A stretch of 64,000 nt of DNA from an uncultured Roseobacter sp. (GCF_947491795.1 NZ_CANLKW010000007.1:1915-65914), one strand, 5' to 3'; numbered from the stretch's first letter, positions 37,686 to 47,144 are shown. Notes: generated by a model from the sequence alone, not told the origin. Numbers and translations: made by a program.

Positions 37686-37919
37686 CCTGGGGATGCCCCT
37701 GCATTCGGTGGGAGGGAAAACGAAGTGATCACTTCCCGCGAGGCTAGAGGTGACGCTGTGTCAGATCAAGGGCGGTGAAATCAGCCCCGCGCAAAAGTTC
37801 CCGTATGAATTGTTTTCTTGCATATGAGCGGAAACTTGCCTTAGGGTTGTGAGAGTTTCGGTGTTTCTATTTTAAATAGTTGAATCTAAACCATAATTCA
37901 TCGAAAAGAGCGAACACCA

Positions 37920-39212
37920 ATGATCCGCGCCCTGCTTTTGCTCTCTGTGCTTGTCAGCACAGTGACCGGATTTGCCCCTGCCGCACATGCCTGCCCCCAG
38001 TCGCGCCCAGATGGCGATATCGTCGTTGCCCTGCGCGACAATGCAGAGCCCTTTGCCTATTTCGATGCGGGCGGCGCACCGGCTGGGTTTGCCTATGATC
38101 TGTGGCGGCGGGTCGAGCGGTCGCTTTATGTGCTGGATGATGTGGGCCGGGCCGTCGCGCCCGAGGTGACCTTTGTCGCCTGTAATACCATTGACGGGCA
38201 GGAGATCGCGCTGGTGTCGGGGCGAATCGACGTGGTGATCGCCCCGCTGACGATCACTTCGCAGCGGATGGAATCCTATGATTTCTCGCAGCAGTATCTG
38301 TCGTCGGGCCTGGCGCTGGCGCTGCCGCCATCGAATGCCATCGACTTTTCCCAGGCCAAGGACATTGTGGCAGAGACCATTCTGCACCCCACGGTCGCCC
38401 AGGCGGTACTGCTGTTTCTGACGTTCAACCTGGTGATGGCCTTTCTGATCCGCTGGCTGCTTTTTGGCGGTGACAGCGCAACAGAGAGCCGGACCTCCAC
38501 TTGGCTGCGTTCGCTGCTGGAATCGATCATCCGCACCATCGGGCTGCGCGGGGTCGGGGACGGATATTCAACTGCTGTGGCCAAGGTGCTGGAAATCTTC
38601 CTGGCCGTGGTGGGCACGGCGCTGTCGGCGACGCTGCTGGGTGTTCTGACCTCGGCCTTTGTCGGGTCGGTCGGGGCAGAGCAGAAAGTGCCCGCCGCCG
38701 GTCTGACGCAGATGTCGATTGCCACGCTGGACTGTTCCACCGCCCAGGCGCTGCTGCTGACTGAATACGGCAAGCGCAAGGGGGATGTGGAGGCCGGAAC
38801 GGCCGAGGCCGCGGCGCTGGATCTGCGGGTCAGTCAGCTGGTCTGTAACCCCGAGGACCCCGAGCGCGAGGATATCACCGTCGATGACAGCCCGGACCTG
38901 GCGGGATCGGTGCGTCTGGTGAGCAGCTGGCGGCAGGCGGCCAATCTGCTGGTTGAAGGCAAGGTTGATGGTGTGCTGGGCGACTGGATCGCGCTGACCT
39001 ATCTGAGCCGTCAGGACACCTGGGCAGGTCAGATGGCCGTGCTGCCCACGGTGTACCGCAATGAGCCCTATGGCTGGGGTATTTCCAATACGTCTGTGTC
39101 CGAGGATCTGCGCCGCCAGATTGACCGGGCGCTGATCCGCCAGATGCGCAACCGGGACTGGCGCAAGCGGCTGGAGGACGTGCTGGGGACCGGCAGTGTC
39201 AGCCCGAATTGA
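37920..39212 (+). CDS. Family-3 solute-binding domain split by transmembrane helices (GluR0-like ligand-gated channel architecture)
   Basis: Signal peptide, then SBP lobe 1 (IVVALRDNAEPFAYFD..GFAYDLW..DVVIAPLTITSQRMESYDFSQQYL). Hydrophobic helices follow (AVLLFLTFNLVMAFLIRWLLF; VLEIFLAVVGTALSATLLGVLTSAFVG), separated by IIRTIGLRGVGDGYS. SBP lobe 2 is last (VDGVLGDWIALTYL..YGWGIS). Confidence 0.65.
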   Translation: MIRALLLLSVLVSTVTGFAPAAHACPQSRPDGDIVVALRDNAEPFAYFDAGGAPAGFAYDLWRRVERSLYVLDDVGRAVAPEVTFVACNTIDGQEIALVSGRIDVVIAPLTITSQRMESYDFSQQYLSSGLALALPPSNAIDFSQAKDIVAETILHPTVAQAVLLFLTFNLVMAFLIRWLLFGGDSATESRTSTWLRSLLESIIRTIGLRGVGDGYSTAVAKVLEIFLAVVGTALSATLLGVLTSAFVGSVGAEQKVPAAGLTQMSIATLDCSTAQALLLTEYGKRKGDVEAGTAEAAALDLRVSQLVCNPEDPEREDITVDDSPDLAGSVRLVSSWRQAANLLVEGKVDGVLGDWIALTYLSRQDTWAGQMAVLPTVYRNEPYGWGISNTSVSEDLRRQIDRALIRQMRNRDWRKRLEDVLGTGSVSPN

Positions 39213-40015
39213 CCGTCCAGGAAACAGAAAGGCCCCGGACGGATACACCGCCTGTGACGCCGGGCGATGCCACGACGCGGGCCTCTTATCAGCTGTATTT
39301 CACCTCTGGTTTTTATGACCGGCGCTATCCGGCGCCGAACCGGACGATGTGGGGCCGGATTGCCGGGTTCCTGGGGCCCGGGGCATCGGTGCTGGATTTC
39401 GGCTGTGGCAGCGGGCGCTATCTGCTGCGCCTGCAGGGCAGGGTGGGTCGTGCCGCCGGTTTCGACGTGAGCCCCGCCGCCCTGGAGACGGTCCGCGCGC
39501 GGGCGGCTGAGCTGGGCTGGGAGGATCTGGCGGTGCTGGGCCCCGAGGCGGCAGACCTGGACAGGTATATCCGGGAACAGGGGCCGGTTGATCTGGTGCT
39601 CTGTCTCTTTGGGGTGCTGGGCCATATCACCGACACCGACGCGCGGGCGGATGCGCTGGAGCGGATGCGCCGTGCGCTCAGGCCCGGATCGGGGCGGATG
39701 CTGATTTCGGTGCCGAACCGCGCGCGCCGGTTCCGCCGGGAGCAGGCCACCAGCGCCCGCGACGGTCTGGTGCGCTATAAACGCCGCACAGAGGACGGCC
39801 AGGAGGTGGTGCTGAACTATCAGTTGTTTGATCCGCTGATGCTGACGCGCGAGCTGGTCGCCGCCGGGTTCAGCCTGGAGAACATCTGCTGCGAGAGCGT
39901 GCTGCCGGAAAGCTGGCTGCTGCACCACGCGGCGGCGCGCTGGATCGACGGGCTGCTGACGCCGCTTTGTCCGGCGCGCTGGGGTTACGGCATCTGCGCG
40001 GAGGTCTCATGCTGA
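39209..40015 (+). CDS. Class I SAM-dependent methyltransferase
   Basis: Motif I VLDFGCGSGRYLL, post-I GFDVS, motif II-like DLVLCLFGVLGHI. The TTG start overlaps the upstream stop. Confidence 0.75.
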   Translation: MTVQETERPRTDTPPVTPGDATTRASYQLYFTSGFYDRRYPAPNRTMWGRIAGFLGPGASVLDFGCGSGRYLLRLQGRVGRAAGFDVSPAALETVRARAAELGWEDLAVLGPEAADLDRYIREQGPVDLVLCLFGVLGHITDTDARADALERMRRALRPGSGRMLISVPNRARRFRREQATSARDGLVRYKRRTEDGQEVVLNYQLFDPLMLTRELVAAGFSLENICCESVLPESWLLHHAAARWIDGLLTPLCPARWGYGICAEVSC

Positions 40016-41685
40016 GAGCGCTGGCGCTGATACTGGCCCTGACGGGTGCGCTGCTGCCGCAGGCGGGGCAGGCGCAGAATGTGCCGCCCGAACTGGTCGC
40101 GGAAATGCCACAGGAGGTGTCGAGCCGGCTGGCGCATATCCTGCAGCGCGGCACGCTGATTGTCGGGGTCAAGGATGACTATCCGCCCTGGGGCATGCGC
40201 AACGAGGCCGGCGCGCTGATCGGGCTGGAGCCGGATCTGGCGCGTGAACTGGCCGACCGGATGGGCGTGGAACTGGAGCTGCAGGCGGTGAATTCGGCCA
40301 ACCGGATGGCACGGGTCAATCAGGGGGTTGTCGATGTGGTGATTGCCACCACCGGCGACACCGCAGAGCGCCGCCGCCAGGTCGGCATGCTGCAGCCGAA
40401 TTACTATTCCAGCGGTGTCGTGGTGCTGACCCGCGAGGGCTATGATTTCAATTCCTGGGAAGAGCTGCGGGGCCGCAAGCTCTGTCTGAAGCGCGGGGCC
40501 TATTACAACCGCACGCTCGAGGAAGACTATGGGATCGACGGGGAGTATTTCAGCTCGAACCGGGATTCGCGGCTGGCGCTGCAACAGGGGCGCTGTGTCG
40601 GCTGGGCCTTTGATGACACGGCACTGGTGCAGCTGATCAACAGCCAGAACGATGCCGCGGCAGGCGCGGGGCAGGGCGCCAGCGGCACGTTCCGCATCAT
40701 GGACGAGACGATCCTGGTATCTCCCTGGGCCATTCTGGTCGCAAAGGGCGAGGAAGACGCGCCTCTGGGCCGGTTCGTGTCGGACATGATCGGCGAGTGG
40801 CACGCGGCGGGGCGCATTCTGGATCTGCAGGACAAATGGGGCATCCCGCGCAGTGACTTTGTCGTGGCCAAACACGCGTTGTGGCGCGCGGTTCAGTTTG
40901 GCCGGGCGGTCTGTGCCCGCGATCCGGAGACCGGGGATCATCTGTATAAATGTCTCAACGAGGCCCCGCTGCAGAGCGCGCCTGATCCTGATCCGCCTGG
41001 CTGGATTGTCACCCTGTACGAGGTGACGGGGATCGACCTGCGCGCCGCCGCCAGCCCCTATAACTTGGAGCGTCTGCAGCGCGGGCTGATGCTGACCCTG
41101 GCGCTGAGCCTGTTTGCCATTATCGGCGCGCTGCTGGTGGGGGTCACCCTGTCGATGATGCATATCGTGCTGGCGGGTTTCGGGCTGATCGGGCGCATAT
41201 TGCTGCTGCCCCAGAAACTGCTGGTCACGGTGGCGCGGATGACGCCGCCCATTCTGCAGCTTTATATCGTGTTCTTTGGCCTGGGCGGCATTCTGGGCAA
41301 TTCGGGCGGGTTTTTGCCCGGCTCTTTCGCCATCGCGGTGGTGATCCTGTCGCTTTATGCCGGGGCCACCAATTCGATCATCCTGAGCCATGCGCTGGAG
41401 GCCGAGCGCGCGATCCATCCGGACAAAAGCGCGCTGGCGCTACTGCCGGGGGCGGTGTCGCGGGGGTTTGACGGGCTTGTGGCGGCCTGTGTGAACATCG
41501 TCAAGGGGGCGGGCATGGCCAGCGCCATCGCGGTGGGCGAGCTTATCTCTACCATCAACCTGCTGGTGTCTGAGGGGGCGGATACGACCACGCTGATGAA
41601 CGGGCTGCTGCTGTTCTACTTTCTGTTCATTCTGGGCCTCGTCTGGCTGTTCAAAGCGCTGCGGCGCAGGATGGTGCGGTCATGA
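40009..41685 (+). CDS. Amino-acid ABC transporter, fused periplasmic binding domain plus permease
   Basis: Signal peptide MLRALALILALTGALLPQAGQA. Family-3 SBP (LIVGVKDDYPPWGMRN..GLEPDLARELA..VDVVIATTGDT). C-terminal polytopic permease (..LPGAVSRGFDGLVAACVNIVKGAGMASAIAVGEL). ATG 40009 overlaps the methyltransferase stop. Confidence 0.75.
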   Translation: MLRALALILALTGALLPQAGQAQNVPPELVAEMPQEVSSRLAHILQRGTLIVGVKDDYPPWGMRNEAGALIGLEPDLARELADRMGVELELQAVNSANRMARVNQGVVDVVIATTGDTAERRRQVGMLQPNYYSSGVVVLTREGYDFNSWEELRGRKLCLKRGAYYNRTLEEDYGIDGEYFSSNRDSRLALQQGRCVGWAFDDTALVQLINSQNDAAAGAGQGASGTFRIMDETILVSPWAILVAKGEEDAPLGRFVSDMIGEWHAAGRILDLQDKWGIPRSDFVVAKHALWRAVQFGRAVCARDPETGDHLYKCLNEAPLQSAPDPDPPGWIVTLYEVTGIDLRAAASPYNLERLQRGLMLTLALSLFAIIGALLVGVTLSMMHIVLAGFGLIGRILLLPQKLLVTVARMTPPILQLYIVFFGLGGILGNSGGFLPGSFAIAVVILSLYAGATNSIILSHALEAERAIHPDKSALALLPGAVSRGFDGLVAACVNIVKGAGMASAIAVGELISTINLLVSEGADTTTLMNGLLLFYFLFILGLVWLFKALRRRMVRS

Positions 41686-42362
41686 TCCAGGCGCTTGCTG
41701 AAAAGATCCCGCTGCTGGCGTATCTTTATGATCTGCTGATTGCGCCCTGGAGCCCGGCGCTGGCCTTTACCGGGCATCTGGCGGGCGGTTTCACGATCAA
41801 TCTGCTGATCTCGGTGGTGTCGATGACGCTGGGCACGGTGATCGGGGTGATCCTGGGGCGGATGCGGTTTGCGGGCGTCAGGGTGCTGGATGGCCCGTCC
41901 CGCCTGGCCACGAACATCTGCCGCAATGTGCCCAGCTTTGTGCTGCTGTTCTATATGGCATCGATGATCCCCAGCGAGGTGAATATCGCCGGTCAGATCA
42001 TGGCGGTGCCGCTGTGGATCAAGGCGGCGCTGGCGCTGCTCTTTCCGGTGATCGGCTTTTGTTCGGACCAGTCCTGTGGCTATTTCGAGCAGCGCAAAAC
42101 CGACCCTGCCGGCGCGCGCGAGACCTTTGTGATCGCCTGGACGCAGTATTTTCTGATCATCATCATGGCCTCTGCCACCGCCTCTGTCATCGGGGCGGAC
42201 GAGATCGTGGGCCGGGCCAATTCGATCATTTCGCAGACCAATGACGACCAGCTGATGCTGAGCATCTATTTTTATGTCTCGCTGTGGTTTCTGGCCAGCG
42301 GTCTGCTGGTCACGGGGCTGATTAAAACAATTCTGAAACTTGGCCCAAAGGTAGAAAATTAG
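41682..42362 (+). CDS. Amino-acid ABC transporter permease
   Basis: Polytopic with a His/Glu/Gln/Arg/opine-type pattern (NICRNVPSFVLLFYM..; IIIMASATASVIGADEIVG). 4-nt overlap with the upstream gene. Confidence 0.7.
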   Translation: MIQALAEKIPLLAYLYDLLIAPWSPALAFTGHLAGGFTINLLISVVSMTLGTVIGVILGRMRFAGVRVLDGPSRLATNICRNVPSFVLLFYMASMIPSEVNIAGQIMAVPLWIKAALALLFPVIGFCSDQSCGYFEQRKTDPAGARETFVIAWTQYFLIIIMASATASVIGADEIVGRANSIISQTNDDQLMLSIYFYVSLWFLASGLLVTGLIKTILKLGPKVEN

Positions 42363-42532
42363 TCAGATGTACCCGGAAAAATTGAAAAAATGGCGGGACT
42401 CATATTGCTTTTGATCAACTCCTGGTTACGCTGCGGCAAGTTGCCACCGAAAGTAAGAGGTGCTGCCTTGCTTCCAGTTCGCCAGTGTTCCAGCCCAGTC
42501 GACCTCTGTGAGCGCGGAGGACCGGTACCGCT

Positions 42533-43108
42533 GTGATTGATCAGGCCCTGACCCTCGTGAGTGACCGGCTGAACGCGCATCTTTCTGCGCTGTTCTCGGT
42601 CTCGGAGGATCTGGTGGCCGTGGGCCCGCTGTCTGACGCAGAGGGCAAACCCACAGCAGAGGCGCGCAACCGGCTGACGCTGTTTCTGACCAATATCGCG
42701 CAGGATTCTGTACCGCGCGGAGGGCGTCCGCGCGGATCGCTGCAGATAGGGCAGGCGCCGCCTGTGCATCTGGATGTCTATTTCATGCTGGCTTCGGGCC
42801 ACGACCCGGAGATCTATGGCGAGGGGCTCAAACTGATCTCGGCGGCGCTGATGTTTTTTCAGGCCAACCCGGTGATGACGCCGCAGCTGGTGCCGGAAAT
42901 GCCGGACGGGATTTCGCAGCTGACGGTGGAAATCTCGAACCTGAAGGTCGAGGAAGTGGGCCAGCTCTGGGGCAATCTGGGGGGGCGCTATGTGCCTTCG
43001 GTCATGTTCAAGATGCGCTCGGTCATGATTGATGCCGGTGCGATCCGCTCGATTGTGCCGCTCATCCGTGCGCCGGGTGGCGAAACCAGACCCCGGGAGA
43101 CAAGCTGA
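42533..43108 (+). CDS. eCIS DUF4255 protein (Afp16/Pvc16-like tail terminator/cap)
   Basis: 191 aa with a GTG start. The pattern LxxxLxxxL..V..G......LxLxLxxI.E, the ending ..LWG.LGG.Y.PSV.YKVR-like (QLWGNLGGRYVPSVMFKMRSV) and the size are typical of DUF4255. It is the first gene of the operon. Confidence 0.75.
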   Translation: MIDQALTLVSDRLNAHLSALFSVSEDLVAVGPLSDAEGKPTAEARNRLTLFLTNIAQDSVPRGGRPRGSLQIGQAPPVHLDVYFMLASGHDPEIYGEGLKLISAALMFFQANPVMTPQLVPEMPDGISQLTVEISNLKVEEVGQLWGNLGGRYVPSVMFKMRSVMIDAGAIRSIVPLIRAPGGETRPRETS

Positions 43109-43842
43109 TGACCTGGGCGGCAATTGCACAGCTGCGACTGGTGCACGACTATTATGCCCCGAACATGCCCCCGGTGACCGTGCGCCCGGCAGACCCGACC
43201 GCCTTTGACAAGGAGGGCCTGCTGCTGCGCCAGATGGGTCCGCGCGTTCTGGTGGTGGCCGAGGAGGACAATACCGAACTGCCCGAAAGCGTCACGCTGG
43301 ATCTGGATGTGCAGAACCCGGATGTGATCGCGCTGACCGAAGGGGCCAGCTGGACGCATGTGCCGCAGATCGGTCTGCCGCTGCATCTGGACAATGCGCA
43401 GCTGAGTGCTGCCGGACCCTCGGACGTGCCGCAGCCCCCGTCGAGCCGGAAACTGGCGCAGGTGAGCATCGGGCTGAGTGCGGGCAGTCTGCGGCGGATG
43501 ACCCTGCGCTGCGAGGCCGTCGCCTCGCACTGGGCCTATCATGTGACCGGCCCGGGCAGCGAAGAGGTGGTCATCGAGGATACCGAGGGCGCGGTGCTCT
43601 TTGATGCGCTGGGGGCCGTTGATCTGCCCGATGGCACGCCCGCCCATGTGATCCGCTCGCGCGATGCGCTGCCCGCCCGGGCGCGTCCGCTGCAGCGGTT
43701 CAGCCTGTCGCGTCCCGGCCCCTTTGGGCCGCGCACCCTTATTCCTGTGCTGCCCGCGCCGCAGCCGCTCTTTACCACGGTGCCCACCCCTGACGGGGCG
43801 GGGGCACTGATCCAATCCGACATTTACGTATCGATCTTTTAA
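43108..43842 (+). CDS. eCIS-operon hypothetical protein (244 aa)
   Basis: The start overlaps the upstream stop (TGATG). GC3-rich coding bias matches its neighbours. No motif recognised. Confidence 0.5.
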   Translation: MTWAAIAQLRLVHDYYAPNMPPVTVRPADPTAFDKEGLLLRQMGPRVLVVAEEDNTELPESVTLDLDVQNPDVIALTEGASWTHVPQIGLPLHLDNAQLSAAGPSDVPQPPSSRKLAQVSIGLSAGSLRRMTLRCEAVASHWAYHVTGPGSEEVVIEDTEGAVLFDALGAVDLPDGTPAHVIRSRDALPARARPLQRFSLSRPGPFGPRTLIPVLPAPQPLFTTVPTPDGAGALIQSDIYVSIF

Positions 43843-43857
43843 AGGAGGACCCGCAGC

Positions 43858-46200
43858 ATGGTCATGAAAACCCCCGGCGTCTACATTGTCGAGAAAAGCG
43901 CCTTTCCCAACTCTGTCGTGCAGGTAGCCACGGCAGTTCCGGCCTTTATCGGCTATACTGAAAAAGCAGTGAACGGGAATGTTTCCCTGCACGAGACCCC
44001 GATGAAAATCACATCGGTGTCCGAGTATCACGGCTATTTCGGGGGCGCGCCCGAGCCCTCGTTCAAGCTGCGCCCGTTCGAGGAGCGCACCGGCCAGCCT
44101 TATGGTGAGGATGCGGATATGGCCGCCGCCGCCGAACTGCCTCAGGCGGTGTTCACGGCCAATGGCCCTGCCGGGCCGGAAAAGTTCGAACTGGTTCAGA
44201 CCAACACGGCCTATACGCTGTATTCGGCGATGCGGGCGTTCTTCCTTAATGGTGGCGGCAACTGCTATGTGACCTCGATCGGGTCCTATGCCGATCCGAT
44301 TGATGCGGATGCGATGCTCAAGGCAATCAAGCGTCTGGAGAAAGAGCCCGAGCCCACGATGCTGGTGATCCCCGAGACCACCCGCCTGAACCGCCAGAAC
44401 GGTGCCAAGGTCCAGCAGCAGATGCTGGCGCACTGCGGCTACACCATGAAAAACCGCTTTGCCATTCTGGACGTGCATGGCGGCTATCTGGACGAACGCA
44501 GCCCACGTGGCGATCCGATTGCACGGTTCCGCATGGATGTCGGTGCCAACTATCTGGATTACGGCGCGGCCTATTATCCCTGGCTGGACAGCGCGGTGTA
44601 CCAGTCGCGTGACTTTACCTTCGAGAACATCGAGCTGGAAAGCCGCAACAAGTTCATCTCGCTGCTGAAACGCTCGGTGAATATGGACAAGGCGCTGGTG
44701 CCCGAGATCCTCAAGGTTGGCACAGCCGAGGTGACGGGTGACTTTACGATCTCTGTCACCAAAGGCGGGATTTCGGTGCTCAAGTCGACGGATATCCATG
44801 CCGCTGACGATCTGGCCGAGGCCGCAGAGCTTCAGTATATGATCGAGGGCGACGCCACGGCCCTGCAGGCCCAGATGAAGGGCAAGCTGGTCACCGGGGC
44901 CAAAAACGCAGGGGCCGAGGCGCTGGCCGCAGCCGATCCGGTCTTTTCCTTTACGCAAAAGGACATCGACGACGGCAAGATCCGCTTTGTGCACAACGGC
45001 AGCGAGGGATCGGGCGGATTCTTTGAACTGGTGATCACCGACAACGAGGGCGTGAAAACATCCGCGCGCAAGATTGTCGTGTCTGTCGGGTCGGACGTCA
45101 TTGCCCTGCCTGATGTGGTCAAGGAAAAGCCGGTCAAAATCTCTGTCGCCGAAGAGGGCGTTGAGATCGAGGACGTTGTCCTGCTGGGCGCGGATCCGGT
45201 CGACGAAGTTGCCGAGAAAAACGGCTCTGACGCTGTTAAGACGGCGCGCCAGGCCCTGGCAGATGCCGCCGATGGTACTGATCTGGCGCCGCTGCAACAG
45301 GCCGTGGCCGATGCAGAGGCCGCAGCGGTTGCCGCTGTGCTGGACAAAACGGTGACCCGCAAGGGCGTCGGCGTCTGGAAGGTAGAGGGCACGGATGTCA
45401 TCCTGGCCCCCAACAAGGAGTTCCGCGGCGCGGAAACCGCCGTGCGCTACAAGCTGGTTGTCGGTGGTGAGTTGTCTGAAGCCAAAGAGATCAAGGTCCT
45501 TGTGGACGGCATCACAGACGACAACCCGCCGCCTGATCCGATGACGGCGACAATCGACAAGACCATGCGGGCAACCGTGCCGCTCTATACGGATGTGATG
45601 AATGCCATCGCCGCCTATATGAACGTCATGCCCCCTGCCGCTGCCATGGCCGGTGTCTATACCGCGGTGGACAACACGCGCGGTGTCTGGAAAGCCCCCG
45701 CGAATGTCTCTGTGGCCGGTGTTACCGGACCGATGGTCAATATCGATCACGGCCAGCAGGAAAACCTCAACGTTTCCACAACGGGCAAATCGATCAACGC
45801 GATCCGGCCGTTTGTGGGCGAGGGGACCCTTGTCTGGGGCGCGCGTACACTCGACGGCAACAGCCTCGACTGGCGCTATATCAACGTGCGCCGCACGATG
45901 ATCATGATCGAGGAATCGATCCGGCTTGCCGCCAAAGCCTATGTGTTTGAGCCCAACACGGCACAGACCTGGGTGACCATCCGGTCGATGATCGAAAACT
46001 TCCTGACTTCGGTCTGGAAAGCGGGCGGTCTGGCCGGTGCGGTGCCTACGGATGCCTTCAGCGTCCATGTGGGTCTGGGCGAGACGATGACGCCGGTGGA
46101 TATCCTGGAAGGCAAACTGCTGATCACCGTTCTGGTGGCGGTCGTGCGTCCTGCGGAATTCATCGAGATCACGTTCCAGCAGCAAATGCAGAAATCATAA
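43858..46200 (+). CDS. Contractile sheath protein (Afp2-4/Pvc2-4-like), 780 aa, with large internal insertion
   Basis: KTPGVYIVEKSAFPNSVVQVATAVPAFIGYTEKA, FAILDV, AAYYPWL, PPAAAMAGVYTAVDNTRGVWKAPANVSV, INAIRPFVGEGTLVWGARTL. Strong SD AAGGAGG lies 7 nt upstream. Confidence 0.92.
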   Translation: MVMKTPGVYIVEKSAFPNSVVQVATAVPAFIGYTEKAVNGNVSLHETPMKITSVSEYHGYFGGAPEPSFKLRPFEERTGQPYGEDADMAAAAELPQAVFTANGPAGPEKFELVQTNTAYTLYSAMRAFFLNGGGNCYVTSIGSYADPIDADAMLKAIKRLEKEPEPTMLVIPETTRLNRQNGAKVQQQMLAHCGYTMKNRFAILDVHGGYLDERSPRGDPIARFRMDVGANYLDYGAAYYPWLDSAVYQSRDFTFENIELESRNKFISLLKRSVNMDKALVPEILKVGTAEVTGDFTISVTKGGISVLKSTDIHAADDLAEAAELQYMIEGDATALQAQMKGKLVTGAKNAGAEALAAADPVFSFTQKDIDDGKIRFVHNGSEGSGGFFELVITDNEGVKTSARKIVVSVGSDVIALPDVVKEKPVKISVAEEGVEIEDVVLLGADPVDEVAEKNGSDAVKTARQALADAADGTDLAPLQQAVADAEAAAVAAVLDKTVTRKGVGVWKVEGTDVILAPNKEFRGAETAVRYKLVVGGELSEAKEIKVLVDGITDDNPPPDPMTATIDKTMRATVPLYTDVMNAIAAYMNVMPPAAAMAGVYTAVDNTRGVWKAPANVSVAGVTGPMVNIDHGQQENLNVSTTGKSINAIRPFVGEGTLVWGARTLDGNSLDWRYINVRRTMIMIEESIRLAAKAYVFEPNTAQTWVTIRSMIENFLTSVWKAGGLAGAVPTDAFSVHVGLGETMTPVDILEGKLLITVLVAVVRPAEFIEITFQQQMQKS

Positions 46201-46225
46201 GTTTTGAACAGGAAGGAAATTTAAT

Positions 46226-46684
46226 ATGGCAGATGATGGTTCCGCCCAGACGAATGCGGTCTGGCCGCTTCCCAAGTTCCACTTTCAGGTAAAGTGGGAC
46301 GATACGGAGCTGGCCTTTCAGGAAGTCTCCGGGCTCGACATCGAAAGCGAGGTTCTGGAGTACCGCGCGGGCAACAACCCGGTGTTCTCCAAAATCAAGA
46401 TGCCGGGGATGATCAAATCCGGCAACATCACCATGAAGAAGGGCGTGTTCATTCAGGACAACGCCATCTGGGACTGGTTCGCTGAAATCCAGATGAACGT
46501 GATCAAACGCAAGGCGATCACGATCTCACTGCTGGATGAGACCCAGGCGCCCACGATGGTGTGGAAAGTGCAGAACGCGTTCCCGGTCAAGGTGACCAGC
46601 ACGGATCTCAAGGCCGAAGGCAATGAGGTCGCGGTGGAGAGCATCGAGATCGCACATGAAGGTTTCGTGATCGAGAACGCGTAA
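46226..46684 (+). CDS. Tail tube protein (T4 gp19-like; Afp1/Pvc1-like)
   Basis: WPLPKFHFQVKWDDTELAFQEVSGLDIESEVLEYRAGNNPVFSKIKMPGMIKSGNITMKKGV. Confidence 0.9.
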   Translation: MADDGSAQTNAVWPLPKFHFQVKWDDTELAFQEVSGLDIESEVLEYRAGNNPVFSKIKMPGMIKSGNITMKKGVFIQDNAIWDWFAEIQMNVIKRKAITISLLDETQAPTMVWKVQNAFPVKVTSTDLKAEGNEVAVESIEIAHEGFVIENA

Positions 46685-46688
46685 TCAC

Positions 46689-47144
46689 ATGGATCTGCTC
46701 AGCCCTCCTGTTGCGTTTCATTTTACGGTCATGTTCGTGGGAATGGTCCCGCCCGTGCCCGACATGGCGTTTCAGGAGGTTTCGGGCCTTGAAAGCGGTC
46801 TGGACACCGAGCCCGTGGTCGAGGGGGGAGAAAACCGTTTCGTGCATCAGCTGCCGAAGCCTGCCAAGCGCGGGAATCTGAAGCTGAAGCGCGGGATGTC
46901 CACCCAGGCCAGCGGTCTTGTGCAGTGGTGCAAATCGACCATCGAGGGCGATTTTGCCGAGGCCATCGTGCCCAAGGACATCACGGTGTCGTTGCTGAAT
47001 CAAATGCGTATTCCGGTGGCCGTCTGGACCGTCGGGAACGCCTATCCGGTCAAATGGACGGTGGGGGGATTTGACGCGATGAAAAACGAACTGGCGGTCG
47101 AGACGATCGAACTGGCCTATACCACGCTGGTCAGGTCGGTCTGA
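46689..47144 (+). CDS. Second tail tube protein (Afp5/Pvc5-like)
   Basis: PPVAFHFTVMF...AFQEVSGLESGLDTEPVVEGGENRFVHQLPKPAKRGNLKLKRGM. Confidence 0.85.
   Translation: MDLLSPPVAFHFTVMFVGMVPPVPDMAFQEVSGLESGLDTEPVVEGGENRFVHQLPKPAKRGNLKLKRGMSTQASGLVQWCKSTIEGDFAEAIVPKDITVSLLNQMRIPVAVWTVGNAYPVKWTVGGFDAMKNELAVETIELAYTTLVRSV

Noticed and set aside
42424-42431. GGTTACGC upstream of the eCIS cap gene shares the core of the 33.7-kb GGGTTAC motif, suggesting a possible common operator.
   Set aside because: A single 8-mer match is expected by chance about twice in 64 kb counting both strands, and there is no palindromic partner.
42988-46185. Very long antisense ORFs across the eCIS and payload region: 42988-46185 (1065 aa), 48038-50110, 49255-50175, 51364-53415, 57257-58813, 60305-61747, 34683-35975, 36507-37778, 39985-41418 and 38568-39928.
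   Set aside because: Their translations are Arg/Gly/His/Pro-rich low-complexity sequence with no motifs. They lie opposite genes with strong family signatures. These are typical shadow ORFs of high-GC3 coding DNA.
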